Shown in pieces: positions 1 to 8,395 of a DNA stretch of 32,000 bases. The DNA is taken from positions 1,470,001-1,502,000 of the forward strand of contig OY969425.1 of the NCBI GenBank assembly GCA_963699255.1, given 5' to 3'. Under the pieces are notes generated by a model, which worked only from the letters and a program-made list of their open reading frames with translations, ran no database searches and was not told the DNA's origin. Each line of letters begins with the position of its first letter. Position 1 is the first letter of the stretch. This DNA comes from an uncultured bacterium (GTDB lineage: Bacteria; Margulisbacteria; WOR-1; CAVSGV01). The translations under genes and the position numbers were made by a program.

Positions 1-213
1 AAATTCATCAGAAAAAGGCTGTCCGGCGCCGAGGCGTTCGGTCCGGCAAAGGCCCCGATCGCCAGACTCAAGAACAGCTACCGCTATCAGGTGATCATAA
101 AAGGCAGGGAAATGGAAAGCATGAGGAAAGCTGTTGTTGAAACGCTCAAGCATATTGTAAAATTGGGCGGCGTAAGGATAAGCGTCGATATAGACCCGTA
201 TAATATGTTGTAA
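1..213 (+). CDS. priA: Primosomal protein N' (PriA helicase), C-terminal end only; 5' part lies outside the window
   Basis: Frame 1 is open from base 1 to TAA 211-213: KFIRKRLSGAEAFGPAKAPIARLKNSYRYQVIIKGREMESMRKAVVETLKHIVKLGGVRISVDIDPYNML. Resembles the PriA C-terminus (GPAxAPIxRLxxxYRxQxxxK ... VDVDPxxxL). Confidence 0.85.
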   Translation, partial: KFIRKRLSGAEAFGPAKAPIARLKNSYRYQVIIKGREMESMRKAVVETLKHIVKLGGVRISVDIDPYNML

Positions 214-228
214 ACCTCGCCCCCGGCT

Positions 229-250
229 CCTCTCCTGCTTGCAGGAGAGG
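229..250. repeat. Perfect 10-bp hairpin CCTCTCCTGC-tt-GCAGGAGAGG, followed by an imperfect CCTTTCTC...GAGAAGGG hairpin at 275-300
   Basis: Arms read directly from sequence in the priA-def gap. It could be a terminator or an interspersed repeat; no clean T-run follows. Confidence 0.6.
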
Positions 251-329
251 GGGAAAGAGACTATAGTCCTGTTTCCTTTCTCCTATTTATAAGAGAAGGG
301 CTTAGGGATGAGGCGGGAGGGAGATAAAC

Positions 330-818
330 ATGGCTTTGCTGGAGATACTGACCAATCAAAATCCGCTGCTTCGCAAAATTTCAAGGCCCGTGGCAAAGGT
401 AACAAAAGAGATAAAGGAGCTTGTTGCCAACATGGAGGAGACCATGAAGGCGGCGCCGGGGGTCGGACTGGCCGCTCCCCAGGTCGGAGAGCTGCTGCGC
501 CTGATCATAGCCGATGTCGGGGACGGCCTTAACGTTCTGATCAATCCAAAGGTGATAAAAAAAAGCGGCACCCAGACGTTCGTCGAAGGATGTTTGAGCC
601 TGCCCGGAATAGAGGCGCCTATCGAGAGGGCGGCTACCGTTACGGTAAAAGCCATGAACCTGAAGGGAAAGCTGGTAGAGGTTGAAGCCAGCGGCCTTCT
701 TGCGACGGTTTTCCAGCACGAGATCGACCATCTTGAAGGAAAGCTGTTCGTTGACAGGGTAGCCGACCCCAACCTCATAACATACAAGCCGAAGACCCCG
801 AAAGAAGAAGCATTATAA
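330..818 (+). CDS. def: Peptide deformylase
   Basis: 162 aa with all three PDF motifs: GVGLAAPQVG, EGCLSLPG, QHEIDHLEG. Confidence 0.97.
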   Translation: MALLEILTNQNPLLRKISRPVAKVTKEIKELVANMEETMKAAPGVGLAAPQVGELLRLIIADVGDGLNVLINPKVIKKSGTQTFVEGCLSLPGIEAPIERAATVTVKAMNLKGKLVEVEASGLLATVFQHEIDHLEGKLFVDRVADPNLITYKPKTPKEEAL

Positions 819-832
819 TTACACAATTAAAC

Positions 833-857
833 AATGACACAATGAACAATTAAGGAA
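833..857 (+). repeat. Leader repeat AATGACACAATGAACAATTAAGGAA directly upstream of fmt
   Basis: 24/25 identical to 22969..22993, directly upstream of valS. Confidence 0.75.
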
Positions 858-879
858 GGATATTAAGAATAATAAAATA

Positions 880-1812
880 ATGAAGATACTGTTCATGGGA
901 ACGCCCGAGCCGGCCCGCGTGTGTTTAAAAGCGCTGATAGACGCCAGAGAAGGACTGGTGGCGGTGATAACCCAGCCTGACCGGCCGAAGGGCAGGGGGC
1001 TTAAGCTCGCGCCCACCCCCGTCAAGGAAACGGCAACGGAACATAATATACCGGTCTTTCAGCCGGACAGGATCAGGGACAAAGAAAGCATAGAACTGGT
1101 CAGGGGCCTTGATCCCGATCTGATAGTTATAGTCGCTTACGGAGAAATACTTCCGAAGGAGATGCTTGATATCCCGAAATACGGGGCGATAAATGTGCAC
1201 GCTTCCCTTCTCCCGAAGTACAGGGGCGCCGCGCCGGTGCAGAGGGCCCTGCTGAACGGCGACAAATTCACCGGCATCACGATAATGAAGGTCACCGAAG
1301 CCCTTGATGCCGGGGATATCATTCTTCAGGAATCCATCCCGATATATGACGCGGATAACGCGTCCACCCTGACAGAAAGATTGTTTAAACTGGGGGTGAA
1401 GCTTCTTGTCAGCGCCGTATCGCAAATAAGATCAGGCAAGACAAAACCCGTAAAACAGGATGATGAAAAGGCCTCATATGCTCCGACCCTGAAAAAGGAG
1501 AACGGCGTCATTGACTGGAAAAAGAAAGCGGAGGAAATATGCGACCAGATAAAGGCGTTCGATCCCTGGCCGGGGGCCTTTACATATTATAAGGGCAGGA
1601 CGCTCAAGGTGATCAAGGCGGAACCGATGCGGAAAGAAGGGTGTTCGAACGGCAGGATCATCGAGATACTAAAAAACCGGGGTTTTGTCGTAGGCGTCTG
1701 CGAAGGGGCGGTGCTGGTCACCGAGGTTCAGCCGGAATCAGGAAAAACCATGAGTTCGTACCAGTTCGCCATCGGGCATGGCCTGAAAGTAGGGGACAAC
1801 CTTCCAAGTTAA
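880..1812 (+). CDS. fmt: Methionyl-tRNA formyltransferase
   Basis: 310 aa; MKILFMGTPEPARVCLKALI, TQPDRPKGRG, NVHASLLPKYRGAAPVQRALLNGD, and C-terminal domain FDPWPGAFTYYKGRTLKV. Confidence 0.97.
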   Translation: MKILFMGTPEPARVCLKALIDAREGLVAVITQPDRPKGRGLKLAPTPVKETATEHNIPVFQPDRIRDKESIELVRGLDPDLIVIVAYGEILPKEMLDIPKYGAINVHASLLPKYRGAAPVQRALLNGDKFTGITIMKVTEALDAGDIILQESIPIYDADNASTLTERLFKLGVKLLVSAVSQIRSGKTKPVKQDDEKASYAPTLKKENGVIDWKKKAEEICDQIKAFDPWPGAFTYYKGRTLKVIKAEPMRKEGCSNGRIIEILKNRGFVVGVCEGAVLVTEVQPESGKTMSSYQFAIGHGLKVGDNLPS

Positions 1813-1934
1813 CGGTATTCCTTCCTGGACCATGGTCATATTTGCCGGGGATCTGCCGCTGCCCTAACTTATAAAAATCTGCAATTTCCTTAACATTTGG
1901 CCGATAATACCGTATGGGAGAAAAAGTGATATAA

Positions 1935-3521
1935 ATGCCGGGATTATCATTTGAAAAGACACAAGGATTATTGGTAAAAGGATTATTGGTAAAATATTTA
2001 CCAGGTCCTTTTGTGCAAAAACTCATGAAGGATAAAGCGCACGGTTTTCCGCACGCCAAAACAGTTTATAATATTCAACAGAACCTGCTGGAATATGGCA
2101 AAATTAGTTTAACAGAAAATGAGAATAATGTGTTGCAATGTGCGACCATGCTCCATGATATTACCATGATCGGAAGTCCAGTTGAATATATGAAAGTGTT
2201 TGCCGATCATATTGATGTCTCGAAAAACTCACTATCTCAACTTCTAACAGGTTTGGATGGATATTGTTCGTCAAGTGTCTTTATATCGGCTGGCTACTTC
2301 AAGTCAGCTTTGCAAAACCCGGATGAAAATCTTTGCCGGTTCCACCATTTGACCGCGGCTTTGTTCGCGTATAAGATCTTGCAGGAAGAACTGGGCAGTG
2401 TGGACGCTAAAATAGCAGCCTGGGCGATCCTTTTTCACCACGAAAGCAAACTGGATCAGATACCCGGCGATCCTGTGGTCCGCCTGCTGAGAGACTCGGT
2501 TAAAATCCACAGCCTTGATGAATTGAGCTTATGCAAGAACATTTCAAAGTACGTTGTTAATTATGAAAGGCCCTTTTTTAATCCTGCGATCCAGCAGAAG
2601 CTAAGAATAGACGTGCTTGAAGGCCGCAAGATACCGGATGAACAGGAGTTAGAGAATTCCGAATTGAAATTGGACGCTTTTCAGTTCGCCCTGAAAACTC
2701 TTTTTCTCGATACGAATCCTAATATGTTCGCTCTTCCTGAAATAGCCGGCCCTTACCTGCAAGATCACGATGTGTTCACCCGCTTATTAAATAGAGTGAT
2801 CCTGTCGGCCGAACAACACAAAAAGACCTCCGAGTCGCAGATCGAGAATCTCGAGTTATTAAAAATGTTATTGTCTCATGCCATGAAAAGCAGTAATTAT
2901 TCAAGCAATGTGGAAATGATCGCTAAAGGCTTGGAAGTGGTAGATATTCACCTGCGCATGACCCTTGATCAAATTGAAACAGATCTTAAATGCAACCCCC
3001 CTTCTATAGAGGGTTTATTTCTAAAAGCAAGGACGCTTCAAGCTATGGAAGATCTTAAGGCGAGTAATGACGCTTATGCGGAAGCATTTCTCCAGCAGGG
3101 ACTTGAATTCATAAAGCAAAGAGATCTGGAGGAAGCCTGTTATTATTTCGAACTATCGGAAAAATATAATCCTCATTTTTTCGAGGCTTTGCGCAACAAG
3201 GCGGGCGTACTTTTCCAATTAAAGCAATACGAAAAAGCTGTCGAATATTATGATAAAGCGATAGACGCGGCAATAGAACAAAATCTTTCCAAGCCAAGTA
3301 TCGTAAAGGTCCTGATGGTCAAGGCTTACACTCTACTTGAACCTCTTAACTCCCCTTATAAATCCCTTGTGGCAATAAAGGAAGCTCTAAAATTATTACC
3401 CGAAGATATGATACCCGAAGATACAACTGTGCTCCAAAATGACGAAGAGGCGGACTTTCTTCGTGATGAAGCCCGGCAGATCGAACGTTTAGCAGAAATA
3501 AAATATGCCATGAGGAACTGA
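1935..3521 (+). CDS. Uncharacterised protein: N-terminal divergent HD-hydrolase-like domain plus C-terminal TPR-like helical repeats; tandem paralogue of 3646..4869
   Basis: 528 aa. HAKTVYNIQQ...ATMLHDI (H about 34 residues before HD), FHHLTAALFAY, AILFHHE, LLRDSVKIHSLDE suggest an H...HD...H...H...D pattern. C-terminus FFEALRNKAGVLFQLKQYEKAVEYYDKAIDAA is TPR-like. Confidence 0.7.
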   Translation: MPGLSFEKTQGLLVKGLLVKYLPGPFVQKLMKDKAHGFPHAKTVYNIQQNLLEYGKISLTENENNVLQCATMLHDITMIGSPVEYMKVFADHIDVSKNSLSQLLTGLDGYCSSSVFISAGYFKSALQNPDENLCRFHHLTAALFAYKILQEELGSVDAKIAAWAILFHHESKLDQIPGDPVVRLLRDSVKIHSLDELSLCKNISKYVVNYERPFFNPAIQQKLRIDVLEGRKIPDEQELENSELKLDAFQFALKTLFLDTNPNMFALPEIAGPYLQDHDVFTRLLNRVILSAEQHKKTSESQIENLELLKMLLSHAMKSSNYSSNVEMIAKGLEVVDIHLRMTLDQIETDLKCNPPSIEGLFLKARTLQAMEDLKASNDAYAEAFLQQGLEFIKQRDLEEACYYFELSEKYNPHFFEALRNKAGVLFQLKQYEKAVEYYDKAIDAAIEQNLSKPSIVKVLMVKAYTLLEPLNSPYKSLVAIKEALKLLPEDMIPEDTTVLQNDEEADFLRDEARQIERLAEIKYAMRN

Positions 3522-3645
3522 CCTTCCTGATAGGGGATCATTCTCCGCACTTATACCAAATTGAATTTACCCTGTCTAACTTGTATAAATCTGCAATTTT
3601 TGGGGGTTTTGGCCGATAATTGCAATGGGAGAAGAATTGATATAA

Positions 3646-4869
3646 ATGTCAGCATTATTATTAGAGAAGATGCAGGGATTACTGCTAAAATCTTTGCCAC
3701 AACCTTTTGTGCGAAACTTCATAAAGGATCATGCCCGCGGATTTCTGCAGAGCGTAAGGGTCAACAGGATCCAGGAGGAACTGCTGAAATCCGGAACAAT
3801 CAGCCTTACAGGGAAAGAGATTGATACGCTGCAATGGGCGACCACGCTTCATGATATTACTTATATCGAAGACCGGGCGGAATATCTGAAAGTGTTCGCC
3901 GGCAATGATGTCTCGAAAGAATCAATTTTTCCTGTTCTGACCGGTTTAAATATTGACAGCGTGGCCAAATTTCTTAGAGAAGCCGGTCAATTCAACCTGG
4001 CCCTGCAAAAAAGGGATGCGCCGCTCTACCCGTTCCATCATATAACTGCGGCTTTGTTCGCGTATAACATTTTGCGGGATGAACTCGGATCGGATGCCGT
4101 CATAGCAGCCCAGGCGATCCTGTTCCACCACGAAAGGAATTTGGATCTGATCCCTGCCAACACGGCGGTTCGCTTGCTGAGAGACGCGGTTAAAATTAAA
4201 AGCCTTAGTGAATGGGACCTGAACGAAAACATTAAAACTAATGTTAATGAATGCTCCAGGTCATTTTTTGACCCTTTTATCCCGATGAAGCTCAGAAAAG
4301 AAATACTTGAGGGGCGCGTAAGCCCGGCGGAACAGGAATCCCGCGATCCCGGATTAACACTGGATGCCTTTCAATTCGCCATGGAATTCCTTTTTCCTGA
4401 TACGAATCCTGATATGTTCGCTCTGCCCGGAATGGTCAAGCCTTACCTGGAAAGGGATCCATTGTTCTTCAAATTTTTGAACGTAATTTTAATTTCTGTC
4501 GAAAAATACGAAGAAAACACAATACCCCAGATAGAGAACCTGAGATTATTAAAAGTATTATTGCGGCTTGCCTTGAAGAACGGCAAATACTCGGGCAGTG
4601 TTGATTATATTAAAGCGGGGGAGGCGGCGGTCAAAGGTAATTTGGACTATATCCTTTTAGGGATCGAAAACTCGATAAAATCATATCCTTCCAAAGAATT
4701 CCCTTCTCTTGCGGCACTTTTGTCCCTGAAAGCCATGGCGCTTAATGCTTTGGAAAGAAATAAAGAAAGGAATGCAATTATGGCAGAGGCCTTGCTCCGA
4801 CATAGGATCGAATCAGTTATGAACGGCGATCTGGAGGGCGGAAGCCAACTTCTTGATGAAGGGGTTTAG
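3646..4869 (+). CDS. Uncharacterised protein: tandem paralogue of 1935..3521, with reduced C-terminus and partly altered HD-like motif
   Basis: 407 aa. Collinear similarity: QGLLLKSLPQPFVRNFIKDHARGF, ATTLHDITYIEDRAEYLKVFAG, FHHITAALFAYNILRDELGSD, AILFHHERNLDLIP, RLLRDAVKIKSLSE. Confidence 0.7.
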   Translation: MSALLLEKMQGLLLKSLPQPFVRNFIKDHARGFLQSVRVNRIQEELLKSGTISLTGKEIDTLQWATTLHDITYIEDRAEYLKVFAGNDVSKESIFPVLTGLNIDSVAKFLREAGQFNLALQKRDAPLYPFHHITAALFAYNILRDELGSDAVIAAQAILFHHERNLDLIPANTAVRLLRDAVKIKSLSEWDLNENIKTNVNECSRSFFDPFIPMKLRKEILEGRVSPAEQESRDPGLTLDAFQFAMEFLFPDTNPDMFALPGMVKPYLERDPLFFKFLNVILISVEKYEENTIPQIENLRLLKVLLRLALKNGKYSGSVDYIKAGEAAVKGNLDYILLGIENSIKSYPSKEFPSLAALLSLKAMALNALERNKERNAIMAEALLRHRIESVMNGDLEGGSQLLDEGV

Positions 4870-4940
4870 TCTCTGCACTTAGACCAAACAGCGGCCTCTC
4901 AATTGCCCGAATGTTATGAATCCTGTCCCCCAATAAATAT

Positions 4941-4969
4941 TTGGGTTTTATCCGAAAAAATGATATAAT
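4941..4969 (+). promoter_or_regulatory. Possible sigma70-type promoter for secD: TTGGGT-N17-TATAAT
   Basis: -10 TATAAT at 4964-4969, weak -35 TTGGGT at 4941-4946, 17-nt spacer, 20 nt upstream of the secD start. Confidence 0.4.
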
Positions 4970-4989
4970 CCCTCTGTTTTTTAATACAC

Positions 4990-6333
4990 ATGAAGAACAT
5001 CAATCAGTTAAGGCTTTTAATAATACTGGCTATCGTGATCGCGTCCGTCGCTGTGATCGCGAAAATGCCGATAACGCTGGGGCTTGACCTTCAGGGCGGC
5101 TCCCGGCTTGTTCTTGAGGCCTATGAGAGCGGCGCGGCAAAGGTGACGGACGACTCGGTATCCGGCGTTGTGGCCGTCATAAGGAACAGGATAGACGCCC
5201 TGGGCGTAACTGAGCCGACCATCCAGCGGAAGGGCAGTTCGCAGGTCATAATCGAGCTTCCCGGGATCAAGGATCCCGACAGGGCAATAAAAGTTATCGG
5301 AGACACCGCTCAGCTTGAATTCGTCGAGGCGGAATGGTCGCCGGGGGACGAGAAAGTGCTCTCCCAGAAGAAGATCGAAGAATTTTACGGGAAAGGCGCG
5401 AGGCTTGATAAGGTCAAGGAATACAGGGGAAGCGAAGTTGTTTCCGAGAGACCGATAATCTTAAAGGGCACGGTACTGACTGGGGCGGACCTGAAAGGCG
5501 CCTGGCCGGGGATAGACGGATACGGAAATCCCGTTGTGGACATCGAGTTCAATTCCAGCGGCGCTGGCACGTTCGCGAACATTACGACAAGGAACGTCGG
5601 CAAACCTCTCGCAATACTACTTGATAAGAAGATCATTTCGGCCCCCAATGTCCGGGAGCCCATTTCAGGAGGAAGGGCCCAGATATCCGGTAATTTTTCA
5701 ATAGACGAGGTCCAGGACCTTGTGGTGAAGCTGAAAGCCGGAGCGCTTCCGGTGCCTGTGCGCATAATCGAGAACAGGGTCATTGGCCCGACGCTCGGCA
5801 AGGACTCCATCGATAAGAGCAAGTTCGCCGGGATGATCGGGGTAGCCTTCATTATTTTCTTCATGGTATCTTATTACAGGTATCCGGGCTTTCTGGCGGA
5901 TATCGCTCTTGTCATCTACTGCCTCATTAACATAGCGATACTCGCGCTTCTCAGAACAACGCTGACACTTCCGGGGATAGCGGGATTTCTGCTCACTATC
6001 GGCATGGCAGTTGACACGAACATAATCATATTCGAAAGGCTGAAGGAAGAGCTCAACACCGGGAAAACGCTCGCGCTCGCCATAGAGGTAAGCTTTAAGA
6101 GGGCTTTTACCGCGATATTCGATTCCCACGTTACCACGCTTATCGCCGCGGCCACACTTTTCTGGCTCGGCACAGGCACGATAAAGGGATTTGCGGTCAC
6201 TCTCTCTGTAGGTATCGTGGCCTCTCTCTTTACGGCGCTTACCATCACACACATGATGCTGGAAATGTCCGTCGACGGGAAGATAATAAACAAACCTGAC
6301 AGCAAGTTATTATACAGGGGGTTCGGGAAATGA
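4990..6333 (+). CDS. secD: Protein translocase subunit SecD
   Basis: 447 aa; ITLGLDLQGGSRLVLEA, KDSIDKSKFAGMIGVAFIIFFM, LTIGMAVDTNIIIFERLKEEL, ATLFWLGTGTIKGFAVTLSVGI. Confidence 0.96.
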   Translation: MKNINQLRLLIILAIVIASVAVIAKMPITLGLDLQGGSRLVLEAYESGAAKVTDDSVSGVVAVIRNRIDALGVTEPTIQRKGSSQVIIELPGIKDPDRAIKVIGDTAQLEFVEAEWSPGDEKVLSQKKIEEFYGKGARLDKVKEYRGSEVVSERPIILKGTVLTGADLKGAWPGIDGYGNPVVDIEFNSSGAGTFANITTRNVGKPLAILLDKKIISAPNVREPISGGRAQISGNFSIDEVQDLVVKLKAGALPVPVRIIENRVIGPTLGKDSIDKSKFAGMIGVAFIIFFMVSYYRYPGFLADIALVIYCLINIAILALLRTTLTLPGIAGFLLTIGMAVDTNIIIFERLKEELNTGKTLALAIEVSFKRAFTAIFDSHVTTLIAAATLFWLGTGTIKGFAVTLSVGIVASLFTALTITHMMLEMSVDGKIINKPDSKLLYRGFGK

Positions 6334-7214
6334 AGTTCAACATCATAGGAAAAACCAAACTCTGGTTCATGCTTTCGGGATTTTTCATAATCCTGGGACT
6401 ATTCGCGCTTATTTCTAACGGCCTGGTAAAAGGAAAGCCCATGAACTTCGGGATCGATTTCACCGGAGGAACGGTCCTTAACATAAAGTTCGACAGGGAT
6501 GTGCCGATAAGCGATGTGAGGGCGATATTGAGCACTTTCGGAAGGCAGGAGAGCGTCATCCAGAAGTCCGAGGGCAACAACATAGTCATCAGCACGGACC
6601 CGCTCTCTACCGATGACAGGAACAAGATAGTGGAAAGCATAAGGGGCAAATATCCCGGCATGGAGCTTCTGGAGGCCGACACGATAGGCCCTGTAGTGGG
6701 CAGTGAATTAAGAAGACAGGCTTTCTGGTCGCTTCTTCTGGCCACGGGCTGCATACTCATATATGTTGCGTTCAGGTTCGAGTTCAAGTATTCCGTGGCT
6801 GCGGTACTGGCGTTAATACACGATGCCACCATAACGGTCGGCATAATGGCCCTGCTCTGGAGGACGATCGACACGACTTTCATTGCCGCCATACTTACGA
6901 TACTTGGATATTCCATCTGCGACACCATAGTCATATTTGACCGCGTGAGGGAAGACCTTAACAAGCCAGGCTATTCGAAAAAGCCTTTCGGCGATGTTGT
7001 TAACGAAGCCGTAAATCAGACGATGGCAAGGTCAATAAACACGGTCCTGACCGTGCTCTTCATGAACCTATCGCTTCTCGTTTTCGGCGGGACCACGATA
7101 AAGGATTTCGCCCTGACCCTCTTCATCGGTTTCACCTGCGGAGCATATTCATCGATCTTTGTCGCGAGCCCGCTTATCGTGATATTTGATAAATGGGAAA
7201 AGTCGAGGGCATAG
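6330..7214 (+). CDS. secF: Protein translocase subunit SecF
   Basis: 294 aa; FGIDFTGGTVLNIKF, GYSICDTIVIFDRVREDL, NQTMARSINTVLTVLFM, FGGTTIKDFALTLFIGFTCG. ATGA overlap with secD. Confidence 0.96.
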   Translation: MKFNIIGKTKLWFMLSGFFIILGLFALISNGLVKGKPMNFGIDFTGGTVLNIKFDRDVPISDVRAILSTFGRQESVIQKSEGNNIVISTDPLSTDDRNKIVESIRGKYPGMELLEADTIGPVVGSELRRQAFWSLLLATGCILIYVAFRFEFKYSVAAVLALIHDATITVGIMALLWRTIDTTFIAAILTILGYSICDTIVIFDRVREDLNKPGYSKKPFGDVVNEAVNQTMARSINTVLTVLFMNLSLLVFGGTTIKDFALTLFIGFTCGAYSSIFVASPLIVIFDKWEKSRA

Positions 7215-7217
7215 ACC

Positions 7218-7994
7218 TTGAACGTAGCTTCCGGCATTCTTCTCGGCATTGTTCAGGGGCTTACTGAATTTCTTCCCGTATCAAGTTCGGGCCACCTTGT
7301 CATAGTTACAAAGCTTCTCGGTCTTCCCCCGAACCTGCCTTTTGATATCGCCGTCCATTTTGCGACGCTTCTTGCGGTGTGCGCCTTCTTCATCGGCGAT
7401 ATTCTGCTAATATTGAAAGCGTTCTTCATCGAAAGGGACCCGAAAGATCCTTATTTCAGGCTCGGACTTCTTGTCATTGTTGCGTCGATCCCGACGGCCA
7501 TAATAGGTTTTAGCCTGGAGAAGGTATTCGAGGAGATGTTCAGCTCGGTGACGGCGGTGGGATTCTTTCTGATGGTGACCGGCATACTGATAATGACAGC
7601 GGAAAGATACGGGAAGGCAAGGAAAGACATCAGCAAGGTCAGTTTTCTTGATTCACTGATAGTCGGGCTTGCACAGGGGTGCGCGATAGCTCCGGGACTT
7701 TCAAGGTCGGGGACCACGATCTCCGCTTCCTTCCTTACGGGGATGGACAGGACGCTTGCGTGCAGGTTCTCGTTCCTCCTTGCGATACCCGCGATACTCG
7801 GCGCCTCCATCTTCAAGTCAAAGGTCATAGTGCACGCCGTGAACGCGGGGATGATAGCCGGGTTCATTGCCGCGGCGGTATCCGGTTATATCACCATATG
7901 GCTTTTCCTTAAAATGATCGAAAAGAAAAAGATCAACATATTCGCTTATTACTGCCTGATTGTCGGAGCAATTACCATAATCCTCTCCAGATAG
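7218..7994 (+). CDS. uppP: Undecaprenyl-diphosphatase (UppP/BacA family)
   Basis: 258 aa, TTG start; GIVQGLTEFLPVSSSGHLVI, GLAQGCAIAPGLSRSGTTISASFLTGMDR. Confidence 0.95.
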   Translation: MNVASGILLGIVQGLTEFLPVSSSGHLVIVTKLLGLPPNLPFDIAVHFATLLAVCAFFIGDILLILKAFFIERDPKDPYFRLGLLVIVASIPTAIIGFSLEKVFEEMFSSVTAVGFFLMVTGILIMTAERYGKARKDISKVSFLDSLIVGLAQGCAIAPGLSRSGTTISASFLTGMDRTLACRFSFLLAIPAILGASIFKSKVIVHAVNAGMIAGFIAAAVSGYITIWLFLKMIEKKKINIFAYYCLIVGAITIILSR

Positions 7995-8083
7995 CCGTTC
8001 TGTAACAGTCCAAGGGCTTGCCCGATAACATTTGTAAAAGGTCCTTTCGGGTATTAGAATACCGCTAAACAAGGGGGTGTCTT

Positions 8084-8374
8084 ATGGCTGAAAATGAAAA
8101 AAAGGTTGTAGTTAAGGAAAAAGTAGTTAAGGAAAAAAAAGTTGGAATTGTAGAGCATTACTTCGGGAAGATCGGAGTTGCGGCCATAAAGATCAAGGGC
8201 GAAATGAAAGTAGGGGACATCATTCACATAAAGGGACACACGACCGATTTTGATCAAACGGTCGATTCAATGCAGATCGAGCACGAGAGCGTCCAAAAAG
8301 TCAAAAAAGGCGACGATGTAGGCATAAAGGTAAAGGATCACGTCAGGGAAGGCGACGTAGTTTTCATAAAATAA
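8084..8374 (+). CDS. Small translation elongation factor-like protein (EF-Tu domain 2-like beta-barrel)
   Basis: 96 aa; VGIVEHYFGKIGVAAIKIKGEMKVGDIIHIKGHTTDFDQTVDSMQIEHESVQKVKKGDDVGIKVKDHVREGDVVF. Confidence 0.75.
   Translation: MAENEKKVVVKEKVVKEKKVGIVEHYFGKIGVAAIKIKGEMKVGDIIHIKGHTTDFDQTVDSMQIEHESVQKVKKGDDVGIKVKDHVREGDVVFIK
8108..8137 (+). repeat. Perfect 15-bp tandem duplication GTAGTTAAGGAAAAA x2
   Basis: 8108-8122 and 8123-8137 are identical; encodes the K/E/V-rich N-terminus VVKEK VVKEK. Confidence 0.9.
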
Positions 8375-8395
8375 GTCAGGAAAACACCCACAACT

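Noticed and set aside
4921-4960. Terminator CCCAA...TTGGG-TTTT after the second paralogue
   Set aside because: The stem is only about 5 bp and AT-rich; too weak to call, and it overlaps the proposed secD -35 region.
6245-6964. 239-aa minus-strand ORF
   Set aside because: Antisense to secD/secF, no recognisable motif.
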